Below, piece by piece: positions 1-14,198 of a stretch of 64,000 nt of DNA. The first letter of the stretch is position 1; every line of letters begins with the position of its first letter. The notes under the pieces are model-generated. The model had not been told where the DNA came from. It searched no databases and was given only the letters and a program-made list of their open reading frames with translations. The stretch covers positions 1 to 64,000 of the forward strand of contig JAKFBU010000048.1 of the NCBI GenBank assembly GCA_036676985.1. Reading direction: 5' to 3'. The stretch is from Candidatus Sericytochromatia bacterium. Lineage in GTDB: Bacteria; Cyanobacteriota; Sericytochromatia; S15B-MN24; UBA4093. The position numbers and the translations under genes are program-made.

Positions 1-4449
<4,449 letters not shown>

Positions 4450-4462
4450 GGAGGTGTTCGGC

Positions 4463-6079
4463 GTGGCCGACGAAACCAAGGCGAACATACTCCTGGTCGA
4501 CGATCGGCCGGAGAACCTCCTGGCCCTCGAGGCGATCCTCGAGGGTCTGGGCCAGAACCTCATCACGGCCTCTTCGGGGGAGGAGGCCCTGAAGGTCCTG
4601 CTCAAGCACGAGGTCTCCGTCATCCTGCTGGACGTCCAGATGCCGGGCCTGAGCGGTCTCGAGACCGCGGAGCTGATCAAGGCCCGCGAGAAGACCCGCC
4701 ACATCCCGATCATCTTCCTCACGGCCATCAACAAGGAAGAACGCTTCATCTTCGAGGGCTACTCGGTCGGCGCGGTGGACTTCCTGTTCAAGCCCTTCGA
4801 TCCCGTCATCCTGCGCTCCAAGGTGGCGGTCTTCGTGGACCTCTACCGCAAGAACCAGCAGATCAAGGCCCAGGCCGAGGCCCTGGAGCGGTCCACGCGC
4901 GATGCCATGCGCCAGAAGGCGCTGACCGAGCTCATCCTGGACTCGGCGGCGAGCATCTGCGGCATCGATCGCCAGGGACGGATCACCTTCATCAACAAGG
5001 CCGGCGCGGCGCTCCTGGGCTACGGCCATGACGAGCTGATCGGGCAGCCCATCCACGGCGTGGTCCACCACTCCCACCCGGACGGATCCGGCATGTCGCT
5101 GGACGAGTGCGCGATTCACCAGACGCTGCGGGACGGCGCCTTCCGGCGGGTCGAGGACGAGGTGTTCTGGCGCAAGGACGGGGAGTGCTTCCCCGTCGAG
5201 TTCCAGGTCAACCCGCTCCGCGAGGACGGGGTGATCACGGGGGCGGTCGTGTCGTTCGTCGACATCACCGAGCGCCGGCAGGCTCAAACCGCCCTCGAGG
5301 AGCGGACCGAGGCCCTCGAGGAGGCCAACACGCAGCTGCGCCAGGCCGATCGCTACAAGGACGAGTTCCTCAGCGTGCTCAGCCACGAGCTGCGCACGCC
5401 CATCAACGCGATCACGGGGTTCGGGAGCATCCTGGACGACGAGGTCCTCGGCCCCTTGAGCGAGGAGCAGCACCACTATCTCAAGAAGATGCTCGCCGGG
5501 GCGGACGTCCTCCTGTGCCTGATCAACGACCTCTTGGACATGAGCCGCATCCAGGCGGGCAAGTTCGTGCTCAGCCCGCGCATGATGGACTTCGGCGCCG
5601 TCGTCCAGGACGTGATCGAGAACATCCGGCCCCTGGCGGAGCGCAAGGGCCACGAGCTCGTCACCGAGATCGAGCCGGACCTGCCCGCGTTCTGGGCCGA
5701 CGACCAGCGGGTGGCCCAGATCCTGGTCAACCTCGTGAACAACGCCATCAAGTTCACGCCCGATGGCGGCTACGTCATGGTCCGGGCGCTGCGCGACGCC
5801 GACTCCCTGTTGTGCGAGGTGTCGGATACCGGCATCGGCATCGCCGCGGGCGACCTTCCGAAGCTCTTCCAGCGCTTCACGCAGCTGGACAGCAGCAGCA
5901 CGCGGGAGGCGGGCGGCACGGGCCTGGGGCTCGCCATCACCAAGACCCTGGTGGAGTCGCACGGCGGCACCATCGGCGTGCAGAGCGAGAAGGGGCATGG
6001 CAGCCGCTTCTGGTTCCGGCTGCCCATGCGCACGAGCGAGGACTCCGGAGCACCGGTAGAGGCCAGCCAGATCGGATAG
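4463..6079 (+). CDS. REC-PAS-histidine kinase (OsaB-like receiver fused to PAS/HisKA/HATPase)
   Basis: [15 protein letters not shown]...LLDVQMP receiver; PAS (FWRKDG..FPVE); SHELRTP, NNAIKFT, GGTGLGL; GGAGG then GTG at 4463. Confidence 0.92.
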   Translation: MADETKANILLVDDRPENLLALEAILEGLGQNLITASSGEEALKVLLKHEVSVILLDVQMPGLSGLETAELIKAREKTRHIPIIFLTAINKEERFIFEGYSVGAVDFLFKPFDPVILRSKVAVFVDLYRKNQQIKAQAEALERSTRDAMRQKALTELILDSAASICGIDRQGRITFINKAGAALLGYGHDELIGQPIHGVVHHSHPDGSGMSLDECAIHQTLRDGAFRRVEDEVFWRKDGECFPVEFQVNPLREDGVITGAVVSFVDITERRQAQTALEERTEALEEANTQLRQADRYKDEFLSVLSHELRTPINAITGFGSILDDEVLGPLSEEQHHYLKKMLAGADVLLCLINDLLDMSRIQAGKFVLSPRMMDFGAVVQDVIENIRPLAERKGHELVTEIEPDLPAFWADDQRVAQILVNLVNNAIKFTPDGGYVMVRALRDADSLLCEVSDTGIGIAAGDLPKLFQRFTQLDSSSTREAGGTGLGLAITKTLVESHGGTIGVQSEKGHGSRFWFRLPMRTSEDSGAPVEASQIG

Positions 6080-6093
6080 GGGCGAACGGTGCC

Positions 6094-7149
6094 TTAGGGC
6101 GCCGCCGGAACCCGCGCCAGGCTCTCCTGGCCCGCCACCCAGGCGTTGCCCTGGGCATCGACGGCGATCGCGCGGGGCCGCACGATGGCGTCGCTCATGT
6201 AGAACACGACGATCCCGGTGGCGGGCGTCACCCGCGAGACCGTGTTGCGGGTGCGCAGGGCCGTCCACACGTAGCCGCGCTGATCGCCCACGAGCGCGGC
6301 CGGCTCCTCCTGGCCCACGTCGTAGTAGCGGGGTTCGGTGGCCGCGTTCAGGAACTTGGCCACCGCGTTGGTGCCCTGGTAGAAGGCATGGCCCGCCCAG
6401 ACCTGATCGTTCTTGTCCACGCCGAGAATGCCCGTCGCGGGCTTGGGCAAGGTCAGGGAGTCCTGTTGCGCGTAGTCGGAGAGCCGGAACTGGTAGAGGC
6501 GCTCGTCGCCCTTGGCCGCCACCCAGACCGACTCGCTCGCCATGACGATGCCCGCGGGACCCAGGCTCTCGGTGGCCCGCGGAATGGCGAGATCGCGCAG
6601 CCGCACGCCGTTCTGGAAGATGGAGACGAGATCGTTGCCCGCATCCGCGAGCCAGAGGCGCCCCTGCGCGTCCGCCATCAGCCCCTGAGGCTGGACGGGG
6701 CGGCTGCCGGTCGCCAGATCGAAGGACTCGGTCGCCAGGTCCGAGAGGCCGATCCGCCACAGCGTGGCCGAGGGGCTCGCGGACACCGTCCACAGGTAGT
6801 CGCCGGCCACGGCGCACGCGCCCAGCTCCACGCCCAGGTCCACCATGTCCGCCGCGACGCCTTCGGTCGTGAGCTTCACGACGCGGCCGGCCGGGGTGCT
6901 CGAGCCGGAGGCGCCGTTGGTCAGCCACATGTGGCCGCTGCCGTCGAAGACGAGCCCGCGGGGATCGCTCACGCCGGCGAAGGTCGCGATGGGCGGCGGG
7001 GTCGGCGTGGGAGGAGGGCTCGGCGTGGCGCCCGGCGGGACCGGAGGCGGCGGCGTCAGGGGTTGGGCGCAGCTCGCGAGCCCGGCGATCGCGAGCAGGG
7101 CCAGCGACAGCGCGCGTGCGATGGGGGCAGCGGGGGTCCGGGCGGCCAT
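6094..7149 (-). CDS. Lipoprotein with Pro/Thr linker and Vgb/NHL-like beta-propeller
   Basis: Lipobox LASC; PPPTPTPPP linker; repeated P.G(L/I)..D..G..W blades; AAGGAG RBS before ATG 7149. Confidence 0.75.
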   Translation of the reverse strand: MAARTPAAPIARALSLALLAIAGLASCAQPLTPPPPVPPGATPSPPPTPTPPPIATFAGVSDPRGLVFDGSGHMWLTNGASGSSTPAGRVVKLTTEGVAADMVDLGVELGACAVAGDYLWTVSASPSATLWRIGLSDLATESFDLATGSRPVQPQGLMADAQGRLWLADAGNDLVSIFQNGVRLRDLAIPRATESLGPAGIVMASESVWVAAKGDERLYQFRLSDYAQQDSLTLPKPATGILGVDKNDQVWAGHAFYQGTNAVAKFLNAATEPRYYDVGQEEPAALVGDQRGYVWTALRTRNTVSRVTPATGIVVFYMSDAIVRPRAIAVDAQGNAWVAGQESLARVPAAP

Positions 7150-7333
7150 GGCAACTCCTTTCGACCGCTGTGCGGCCGGCTGCATGGATGATACCCCAGA
7201 GCGATCGCGCCCGTCCACGGGCCATTTTGCGGGCGCTGAGCCGCCGCCGAGGTGCTTGCGGCGTGAAGTATTGTTAGGGCATCGTGAGGGAGACCGATCC
7301 GGCGGGAATAAGGCCCTCATGGGAGGGCCTCCG

Positions 7334-7561
7334 ATGAACCAGGAAGAGGCGGAAGCGCAGATGCTGTCCTACGCTCGGCGCAACGTCGCGCTCGAGGCGC
7401 GGTTGTTGACCGTCGAGTACGAGGCGGACAGTCAGATCTGGCTCGGGACCGTTTCCACGCGCGGGGGCACCGTTCGCCTGTTGGCCGAACATCGGGACGG
7501 TGCCTGGAGCGTCTGGCGCTATCAGGGGGCTCTGCCCAAGCCCAAACCCAAGCCGTTCTAA
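7334..7561 (+). CDS. Small hypothetical protein (75 aa)
   Basis: GGAGG then ATG 7334 (MNQEEAEAQML...); fills the gap between genes; stop overlaps clpS stop. Confidence 0.55.
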   Translation: MNQEEAEAQMLSYARRNVALEARLLTVEYEADSQIWLGTVSTRGGTVRLLAEHRDGAWSVWRYQGALPKPKPKPF

Positions 7562-7839
7562 TCGGCGGGCTCGATGGTCGCCGTCAGGCCGAAGCTCTGG
7601 AGGCGCTCCTGGTAGAACTCGGCGTGCTCCTTGGGGGCGGTCGTGACCAGGGCCGTTCCCTTGTGGTGGGCCTCGAACATGATCTCGACGGCCCGATCGA
7701 TGCTCAGCTGGGGCACCGATTTCACCAGCGCCATGATGACGTGATCCATGGCGTTGTGGTCGTCATTGTGAAGCAGTACCTTGTAGAAAGGTTCGTGCTT
7801 GCGTTCCGTCCGCGGGCGCTCGAGTGGCTGCGTCGTCAT
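7558..7839 (-). CDS. clpS: ATP-dependent Clp protease adaptor ClpS
   Basis: YKVLLHNDDHN..DHV...A.EIMFEAH..G.A...L.ATIEP. Confidence 0.92.
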   Translation of the reverse strand: MTTQPLERPRTERKHEPFYKVLLHNDDHNAMDHVIMALVKSVPQLSIDRAVEIMFEAHHKGTALVTTAPKEHAEFYQERLQSFGLTATIEPAD

Positions 7840-7912
7840 GGCCCCCATGATAGCCTGGTGCCTCGGACGCGTCGAGCGATCCGGCGGGGCGAGTCTGGGA
7901 GCGAGGAGAGGC

Positions 7913-9064
7913 ATGCGTAACGGGTGGTGGGTCCCTCTGATCTGGCTGAGCTGCGCGCTACCGGCCATGGCCCAGGAGGAGCGACCGGTCCGGATCGGGA
8001 TCGTCGAGGCCGCGCCCGCGGCCACGCTCTCGGCCAACGTCGAGGCCGTCCTCCTGGACGGCGAGACGACGCTGGCACGCATCTCCGCGCGGACGCCCGT
8101 CGCTTTCACCTGGAACGCCGGCACCCTGGAGGTCGCCCTCGCCGACGGCAACGTGCTGGCCTTCAAGACCCCCTTGCGGCTGCGCGCCGCCGCTCCCGGC
8201 CCCGAGACCCGCTTCATGGTGGGCCCCAAGGCCTACCGGGGCGAGCTGGAGGTGCGTCCCGGCGCGGGCGCCTTGACGGTCGTCAACGAGCTGCCCATGG
8301 AGGAGTACCTGTACGGCGTGGTGCCGGGTGAGGTGATCCCGAGCTGGCATGCCGAGTCCCTCAAGGCCCAGGCCGTGGCGGCGCGCACCTATGCCGTCAG
8401 CCACCTGGGGCAGTTCGCGTCGTTGGGCTACGACCTCAAGGCCACGGTCGTGAGCCAGGTCTACGGCGGCGTCAACCTCGAGCGACCCTCCACCAACCGC
8501 GCGGTGGACGACACGCGGGGGCTCATCATCACCTACCAGGGCAAGCCCATCGAGGCGTTCTACAGCGACTCGTCCGGGGGCTACACGGAGGCCGCGGGCG
8601 AGGTGTGGAGCAAGGCCATTCCCTACCTGCAGCCGGTGCCGGACTTCGACCAGGGCAGCCCGCGCTACAACTGGACGTTCTCGGCGGCGGGCGGGGCCGT
8701 CCCGCAGGCCATGGCCAAGCTCGGCGTCACGATCGGGGACCTGCGCGAGATCGTGCCCCTGAAGCGGAGCTTTTCGGGCCGGGTGAAGCGCGCGCGCCTG
8801 GTGGGGACCTCGGGCGAGGTCGAGGTGCCGGGCGAGAAGCTGCGCTTCGCGTTCGGGCTGCGGAGCACGTTCTTCAACGTGGCGCGGCAGCCGGACGGCA
8901 GCTTCCAGTTCGCGGGCCGCGGCTGGGGCCACGGCGTGGGCATGACCCAGTGGGGGGCGAAGGCCATGGCCGACATGGGCTACACCTTCGACCAGATCCT
9001 GGGGCACTACTACAGCCAGACCGCGATCTCCTCGTGGGAGAGCGTGCGGCAGGCGAAGAAGTAA
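7913..9064 (+). CDS. SpoIID/LytB-domain peptidoglycan lytic transglycosylase, secreted
   Basis: Signal peptide; [61 protein letters not shown]....IL.HYY. Confidence 0.92.
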   Translation: MRNGWWVPLIWLSCALPAMAQEERPVRIGIVEAAPAATLSANVEAVLLDGETTLARISARTPVAFTWNAGTLEVALADGNVLAFKTPLRLRAAAPGPETRFMVGPKAYRGELEVRPGAGALTVVNELPMEEYLYGVVPGEVIPSWHAESLKAQAVAARTYAVSHLGQFASLGYDLKATVVSQVYGGVNLERPSTNRAVDDTRGLIITYQGKPIEAFYSDSSGGYTEAAGEVWSKAIPYLQPVPDFDQGSPRYNWTFSAAGGAVPQAMAKLGVTIGDLREIVPLKRSFSGRVKRARLVGTSGEVEVPGEKLRFAFGLRSTFFNVARQPDGSFQFAGRGWGHGVGMTQWGAKAMADMGYTFDQILGHYYSQTAISSWESVRQAKK

Positions 9065-9087
9065 GGGACAACACAGCCGTACGCCCC

Positions 9088-9248
9088 ACCCTGGACCCCC
9101 GCTTTCGCGGGGGTGACGGGAGCGCAGACTTGACGCTGCATGGGGCTATTCCACGATACGGTTGCTGGGGCTTGGTCCGACCCGTGAGTGGCCGCTCCCG
9201 TCATTCCCGCGAAAGCGAGGTCACCCTCGCGAAGGCGGGGGCCAGGGT
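9088..9248. repeat. REP/REPIN-like inverted pair (GTCA(C/T)(C/T)CCCGCGAAAGCG family)
   Basis: CCTGGACCCCCGCTTTCGCGGGGGTGACGGGAGCG (~9090-9124) is mirrored by CGCTCCCGTCATTCCCGCGAAAGCGAG plus GTCACCCTCGCGAAGGCGGGGGCCAGGGT (~9193-9248); lies between convergent genes. Confidence 0.75.
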
Positions 9249-9283
9249 CGGCCCTCCCGGTAATAGCCGCATAACGGCTCTTT

Positions 9284-10420
9284 CTAGTGCCCCTCGCCGT
9301 GCCCGCCCGCGGGCGAGAGCACGTCCGGCTCGAAATTGTTGGTCATCGCAGGCTCGTGCGCAGCCGGCGCCTCGTGACCCGCCGGGGCCGCCCCGTGCCC
9401 GCTCGCCGCGTCGTGGCCTTCCGCCGCCTCGGGGGCATGGGCCTCGGGTGCCGCGGCGCCCTCGACCGGATGCCGGTGCGGCGACTCCTCGCCCTGCTTG
9501 CCCGGAATGGGGTAAAGCGCTCGGTAGCCCTGCGAGAGCTGCGTGTTGACCCGCACCGCGTGCGCCCCCGCGTTGAGGTAGGCGTAGCCCGGCGCGATCT
9601 TGGGCAGGTTATCCGCCTGCTCCTGGGTCGTCACCACCACCCCCGCCGGCACGTAGCGCCCGTCCGGGATGTTGACGCCGATGGCCGCGGCCCGCGGCTC
9701 GAGCACGCTGCCCTCGCCGACCCGCGACTTGTAGACCAGGGCCTGCATGCCGATGAAGGCGTTGTCCGACACCACCGCCGGGCCGTAGACCTGGCTCTGC
9801 GCCGAGACCGTCACCTGCGACCCGATGTAGACCGAGTAGGAGTCGCCGTTGACGACCACCACGTTCTCCATCTTGCGGGCGCCCTTCTCCTCGGTGGGCA
9901 GGCCGTGAATGACCGCGCCGTCCTGGATGCTCGAGTCGTCGCCCACGAAGATGTTCTTGCCCTCGTCGGCGCGCACGGCGGCCTGGGGCGCGATGAAGAC
10001 GTGCTCGCCGAGGGTGACGTAGCCGATGACGCTCGCCTGGGGATGCACGTAGGCGGACCCGGCGATGACCGGCCGCTCCATCGTCAGGCTGAAGTCCGTC
10101 GTGACGTTGGGGCCGGTGGTGACGTCCGGGTAGCCGTCCGGGTTGTGCGCGAAGCTAGAGGCCTGCTCCGCCTCGGCCGGCCGCTGGATGACCACCTGCT
10201 GGGGCATGGCGAAGCGGATGGCGAGGGCTGCCGAGCCCGCCGACAGGCCGCCCACCAGGAGCATCGAGAGGACGAAGGTGCCATCCAGGGCCGAGGGGTT
10301 GATCTTGACCTTGGGGAGCTTGCTCGAATCCAGCTTCGGCTTGCCGATCTTGGGCAGGGACAGCTTGGGAATCGGCAACTTGAAGCCCTTACCGGACTTG
10401 GCGGGGGCGTTTTTGCTCAT
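9284..10420 (-). CDS. Membrane-anchored gamma-class carbonic anhydrase (Cam/CcmM-N)-like protein, probably non-catalytic
   Basis: Hexapeptide beta-helix PQASVIG..VRADEG..IQDGAVIHG..FIGMQA..LEPRAAAIGV.IPDGRY.PAG.VVT.Q.QAD.LP; N-terminal TM; His-rich tail. Confidence 0.88.
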   Translation of the reverse strand: MSKNAPAKSGKGFKLPIPKLSLPKIGKPKLDSSKLPKVKINPSALDGTFVLSMLLVGGLSAGSAALAIRFAMPQQVVIQRPAEAEQASSFAHNPDGYPDVTTGPNVTTDFSLTMERPVIAGSAYVHPQASVIGYVTLGEHVFIAPQAAVRADEGKNIFVGDDSSIQDGAVIHGLPTEEKGARKMENVVVVNGDSYSVYIGSQVTVSAQSQVYGPAVVSDNAFIGMQALVYKSRVGEGSVLEPRAAAIGVNIPDGRYVPAGVVVTTQEQADNLPKIAPGYAYLNAGAHAVRVNTQLSQGYRALYPIPGKQGEESPHRHPVEGAAAPEAHAPEAAEGHDAASGHGAAPAGHEAPAAHEPAMTNNFEPDVLSPAGGHGEGH

Positions 10421-10538
10421 CGACAACCTCTCGAGGGGCCGGGGATCCGCGCGCATTGTTCCCGGTCGGCAGGGCCTTTACACTCGTTTGGCCGCCTGCC
10501 TATAATGGCGGGTCCCATTTTTAGCCGAAGGAGGCTTC

Positions 10539-11129
10539 ATGACGCCTGGCATGCCCCGCATGATCCCGTCCACCCTCTTGCTGGCGACCGTCGCCACCCT
10601 GGGGCTCACCGCCCCCGCCCATGCCGCCGCGACGCCCGCCGTCATCAAGGAAGTCGAGCAGGCCGCCGGCCACAAGGTGGTCCTGGGCAAAAAGGTCCAG
10701 TTCACCACCAGCAAGGGGAAGTTCGTCGTCGTCCTCTTCCCCAAGGAGGCCCCCAAAACGGTCGAGAACTTCGAGAAGCTCGTCAAGAAGGGCTTCTACG
10801 ACGGGCTGGTCTTCCACCGGGTGATCCCGGGCTTCGTCGCGCAGGGCGGCGACCCCAAGGGCACCGGCGAGGGCGGACCGGGCTACACCATCCCCGACGA
10901 GCTCAAGAGCACGGTCAAGCACATCAAGGGCAGCCTCGCGATGGCCAAGACCAGCCAGCCCAACAGCGCCGGCAGCCAGTTCTACATCGCCTACGACAAG
11001 ATCCCCCACCTGGACGGCCGCTACACCGTCTTCGGCCAGGTCATCAGCGGCATGGACGTCGTCGAGAAGCTCACGCCCTCGGACGCCGGCAAGCCGGACA
11101 AGATGCTCAAGGTCACCATCGTCAAGTAA
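10539..11129 (+). CDS. Secreted cyclophilin-type peptidyl-prolyl isomerase
   Basis: APKTVENF..L...GFYDGLVFHRVIPGFVAQGGDP..G.GGPGY; GSQFYI; HLDGRYTVFGQV. Confidence 0.95.
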   Translation: MTPGMPRMIPSTLLLATVATLGLTAPAHAAATPAVIKEVEQAAGHKVVLGKKVQFTTSKGKFVVVLFPKEAPKTVENFEKLVKKGFYDGLVFHRVIPGFVAQGGDPKGTGEGGPGYTIPDELKSTVKHIKGSLAMAKTSQPNSAGSQFYIAYDKIPHLDGRYTVFGQVISGMDVVEKLTPSDAGKPDKMLKVTIVK

Positions 11130-11140
11130 GCGACCAAACG

Positions 11141-11172
11141 AAAGCGCCCCGGGCCATGCCCGGGGCGCTTCG
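11141..11172. terminator. Bidirectional hairpin
   Basis: AAGCGCCCCGGG-CCATG-CCCGGGGCGCTT between convergent genes. Confidence 0.7.
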
Positions 11173-11186
11173 GTCTTGGGGGTGGC

Positions 11187-11366
11187 TCAGCGCGCCACGA
11201 GGGTCTTGAAGAAGGCGAACACCCCGCGCAGACCCGACGGCGCGGCCGCGGACTTGGGCGCTTCGTCGCTCAGCAGGCCCGTGATGCCCGACAGATCCGT
11301 CGGCGACAGCGGCCGGGTGTGGGCGAAGGTCATGGGCCGGCGGGCGGTGATCTGGCGCTGGTTCAC
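11187..11366 (-). CDS. Small hypothetical protein (59 aa), not in ORF track
   Basis: AGGAGG RBS, GTG start: MNQRQITARRPMTFAHTRPLSPTDLSGITGLLSDEAPKSAAAPSGLRGVFAFFKTLVAR; typical codon usage; ends at the hairpin. Confidence 0.65.
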   Translation of the reverse strand: MNQRQITARRPMTFAHTRPLSPTDLSGITGLLSDEAPKSAAAPSGLRGVFAFFKTLVAR

Positions 11367-11473
11367 GGGTGCGATCCTCCTACTCGGTCAGGTTAAGCTC
11401 GGACAAGGAAGTCTTAAACTTGATTTAAATATAGCCGGGCGGGCGAAAAACTTGCGTGCGTTTGAAAAAATTT

Positions 11474-12346
11474 TCAGGCGCGGGCGAACGGCGCCTCCAG
11501 GGGCTGGGTGATGGCGGCCCGTCCCAGGGAGTGCGTGATTCCGGCGATCGCCATGGGCAGCTGCAGGCGAAACGCCGTGCCGACGCCTACCGTGCTCTCG
11601 ACCGAAAGCTGCCCGCCATGCGCCTTGACGAGGCCCAGGGCGATGGCGAGGCCCAGCCCCAGGCCCGCCTGGCGCGGCGTGGCGTCGGAGGCGAGCTGGA
11701 CGAAGGGCCGGAAGATCCGATCCAGGGCCTCCGGCGCGATGCCCGGCCCGTCGTCGCGGACCCAGGTCACGAGCTGGGCGTCCTCGCGGCACACCTCGAC
11801 CTCGACCCGGCTGCCCTCGGGCGTGTAGCGCGAGGCGTTGGAGAGTAGGTTCAGGAGCACCTGGCCGAGCCGTTCGGGGTCGCCCTGGAGCGAGGTCGAC
11901 TCGTCCGGCAGCTTCACGGACAGCGTCTGCCCCTTGAGATCGAAGGCGGGGCGCGCCTGATCGACGATGGAGACCACCAGCCCCCGGTACTCCATGGGAC
12001 GGACGGCGAGCAGGAAGCGGCCCTGGTCGATCCGGTTGTAGTCCAAAAGGTCGTCGACCAGCCGCTGCAGCTGTAGGGTCGCCCCCTGGATCCGGGCGAC
12101 GAAGACCCGCTGCTCCTCGGTCAAGGGACCGCCCAGGCCGTCCTCGAGGAACTCCGCGAACGCGAGCACCGAGCTGAGGGGCGTGCGCAGCTCGTGGCTG
12201 ACCATCCCGAGGAACTGCGCGTGGCGATCGCGCTCCTCTTTGAGCTGGGCGATCGCTCGGACCGCCCGGCCCCGGTACAGCCATGCCGACAGGAGCCCGC
12301 CGGCACATGCCGCCGCTCCCAGTCCCACCCATGTCTGCCAGATCAT
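11474..12346 (-). CDS. Minimal membrane histidine kinase (one TM, HisKA, HATPase)
   Basis: [29 protein letters not shown]; AAGGAG RBS. Confidence 0.9.
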   Translation of the reverse strand: MIWQTWVGLGAAACAGGLLSAWLYRGRAVRAIAQLKEERDRHAQFLGMVSHELRTPLSSVLAFAEFLEDGLGGPLTEEQRVFVARIQGATLQLQRLVDDLLDYNRIDQGRFLLAVRPMEYRGLVVSIVDQARPAFDLKGQTLSVKLPDESTSLQGDPERLGQVLLNLLSNASRYTPEGSRVEVEVCREDAQLVTWVRDDGPGIAPEALDRIFRPFVQLASDATPRQAGLGLGLAIALGLVKAHGGQLSVESTVGVGTAFRLQLPMAIAGITHSLGRAAITQPLEAPFARA

Positions 12347-12490
12347 GCCGCGCTCCTTCCCGCAGGGGTTAAGCTGAGTATAAACTATTATTACTCATTT
12401 ATTAACTCCTTTTACACGGGGGTATGCTCGCCGGACCATCAGGGCGACGCGAGCGGCGGAGGGGAACGGGACGTCGGTATGGAGGCACAC

Positions 12491-13399
12491 ATGGCGGTAT
12501 TCGTCGTCAACCCACGATCGGCCAACGGGGGGACCGGGGCGCGCTGGCCGGCCCTGGAGGCCTACCTGCGGGACCTGGGCATGGAGGGAGAGACCCGCTA
12601 CACGACGGCTCCCGACGATGCGCGGCGGCTGACGGTCGAGGCCCTCGCTCGGGGCGTGCGGCTGGTGGTGGCCGTGGGCGGGGACGGGACCATCAACGAG
12701 GTGGTCAACGGCTTCTTCGACCCGAGCGTCTCGTCGAGCGGCGCGGAGCTCGGCATCCTGCCCTGCGGGACGGGCGGGGACCTCATCCGGACGCTCGACA
12801 TCTCCCGCAACCCCTACCATGCCGCCGAGCAGCTCTTGAAGGGGAGCGCCCGCAAGCTCGACGTCGGCCTCGCACGCTTCCAGTCGGGCGGACGCGAGGT
12901 CGAGCGCTACTTCGTCAACATCGCCGAGGCCGGACTCGGCGGGGCGGTGGTCGAACGGGTGAACCGCACGAGCAAAGCGCTGGGGGGCTTCGCCTCCTTT
13001 CTCGCGGGCACCCTCGCCACCTTTGCGACCTATCGGCCGGGCGAGCTGACGCTCGCGGTGGATGGCGGGGCGCCCCGCACCCTCCGGGCGTGGAACGTGG
13101 TGGTCGGCAACGGGTGCTACTTCGGCGGCGGCATGCGCATCTTGCCGGACGCGCGCCCCGATGACGGGCTGTTCGACGTCATGGTGGTGGGGGATGTCCC
13201 CCGCAGCGCCCTCTTCGCGAACGTCGCCGCCATCTACCGGGGCACGCACCTGCGTCAGGCGGGCGTCGAGCACTTCCGGGCGCGCGAGGTCACCGTCGAC
13301 TCCGCGGTGCCCCTGCTGCTCGACCTGGACGGCGAGCAGCCCGGCACCACGCGGGTCACCTTCCAGGTGGTCCCGGGGGCCCTGACCGTTCGACTTTGA
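12491..13399 (+). CDS. YegS/DAGK-family lipid kinase
   Basis: VVNPRS, VGGDGTINEVVNG, LPCGTGGD, GNG.YFGGG, DDGLFDV, LDGE. Confidence 0.92.
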   Translation: MAVFVVNPRSANGGTGARWPALEAYLRDLGMEGETRYTTAPDDARRLTVEALARGVRLVVAVGGDGTINEVVNGFFDPSVSSSGAELGILPCGTGGDLIRTLDISRNPYHAAEQLLKGSARKLDVGLARFQSGGREVERYFVNIAEAGLGGAVVERVNRTSKALGGFASFLAGTLATFATYRPGELTLAVDGGAPRTLRAWNVVVGNGCYFGGGMRILPDARPDDGLFDVMVVGDVPRSALFANVAAIYRGTHLRQAGVEHFRAREVTVDSAVPLLLDLDGEQPGTTRVTFQVVPGALTVRL

Positions 13400-13456
13400 G
13401 CCGGGGGATGGGGTATCCTGGCCGCTAGTATCGCACGTTGCCCAGGAGGTCCCCGG

Positions 13457-14101
13457 ATGCCCCTCGCCATGCTCCCCCAACTGGACGGGTTCACGCCCGA
13501 GGACTTCGCCGTCTTCGAGCTGCCTGGCTTCGAGGAGCGCATGGACGCTCTGAAGCTCCGCATCCGGCCGAAGCTCGAGGCCCTCGGCGCAGCCCTTGCG
13601 CCCGAGCTGTCCGCGCTCCTGGGCACGCCGGTCTACCCACACGTGGCCAAGCATGCGCGCCGGACCGTGAACCCGCCGCAGGACACCTGGGTCGCGTTTT
13701 CCACCAACGCCCGGGGCTACAAGGCGCACCCGCATTTTCAGCTGGGCCTCTGGGGCAGCCACGTCTTCATGCTCTTCGCCCTCATCTACGAGAGCCCGCA
13801 CAAGCCCGCTTTCGCCCGCCGCGCCCGCCGGGAGCTCTCGATCGTCCGGCAGGCCGTTCCGGAACATTTCTACTGGTCGGACGATCACACGCGTCCGGGC
13901 GGTCGACGTCACGGGGATCACTCGGCCCGCGACCTTCACGCTTTCTTCGACCGGGCCGAGCGGGTAGCCAAGGCCGAAATCCTGTGCGGAGTGGACCTGA
14001 AGCGGGATGAGGTCACGGCCCTGGGCGGATCGGAGCTGGCAACCTGCGCCTATGCCACGTTTCGGGCCTGTCTTCCGCTCTACAACCTCGTCACCACCTG
14101 A
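13457..14101 (+). CDS. DUF1054 (YktB/UPF0637)-family protein
   Basis: F..EDF.VF..PG.E.RM....IRPKL, HVAKHARRTVNPP.DTWVAF, RGYK..PHFQ.GLW. Confidence 0.88.
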   Translation: MPLAMLPQLDGFTPEDFAVFELPGFEERMDALKLRIRPKLEALGAALAPELSALLGTPVYPHVAKHARRTVNPPQDTWVAFSTNARGYKAHPHFQLGLWGSHVFMLFALIYESPHKPAFARRARRELSIVRQAVPEHFYWSDDHTRPGGRRHGDHSARDLHAFFDRAERVAKAEILCGVDLKRDEVTALGGSELATCAYATFRACLPLYNLVTT

Positions 14102-14198
14102 GTCCCTCGCCTGTTAAGAAAGTGAGGGTTTGGTGATCCTTAAGTTGTGTCTCTGGTGGATGTGCGATTTGTGGTTACAATGATGACGGAGGATTTTC

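Noticed and set aside
9284-10420. Carboxysome protein CcmM
   Set aside because: No RbcS-like repeats, has a TM anchor, and no ccmK/ccmL/rbc genes nearby
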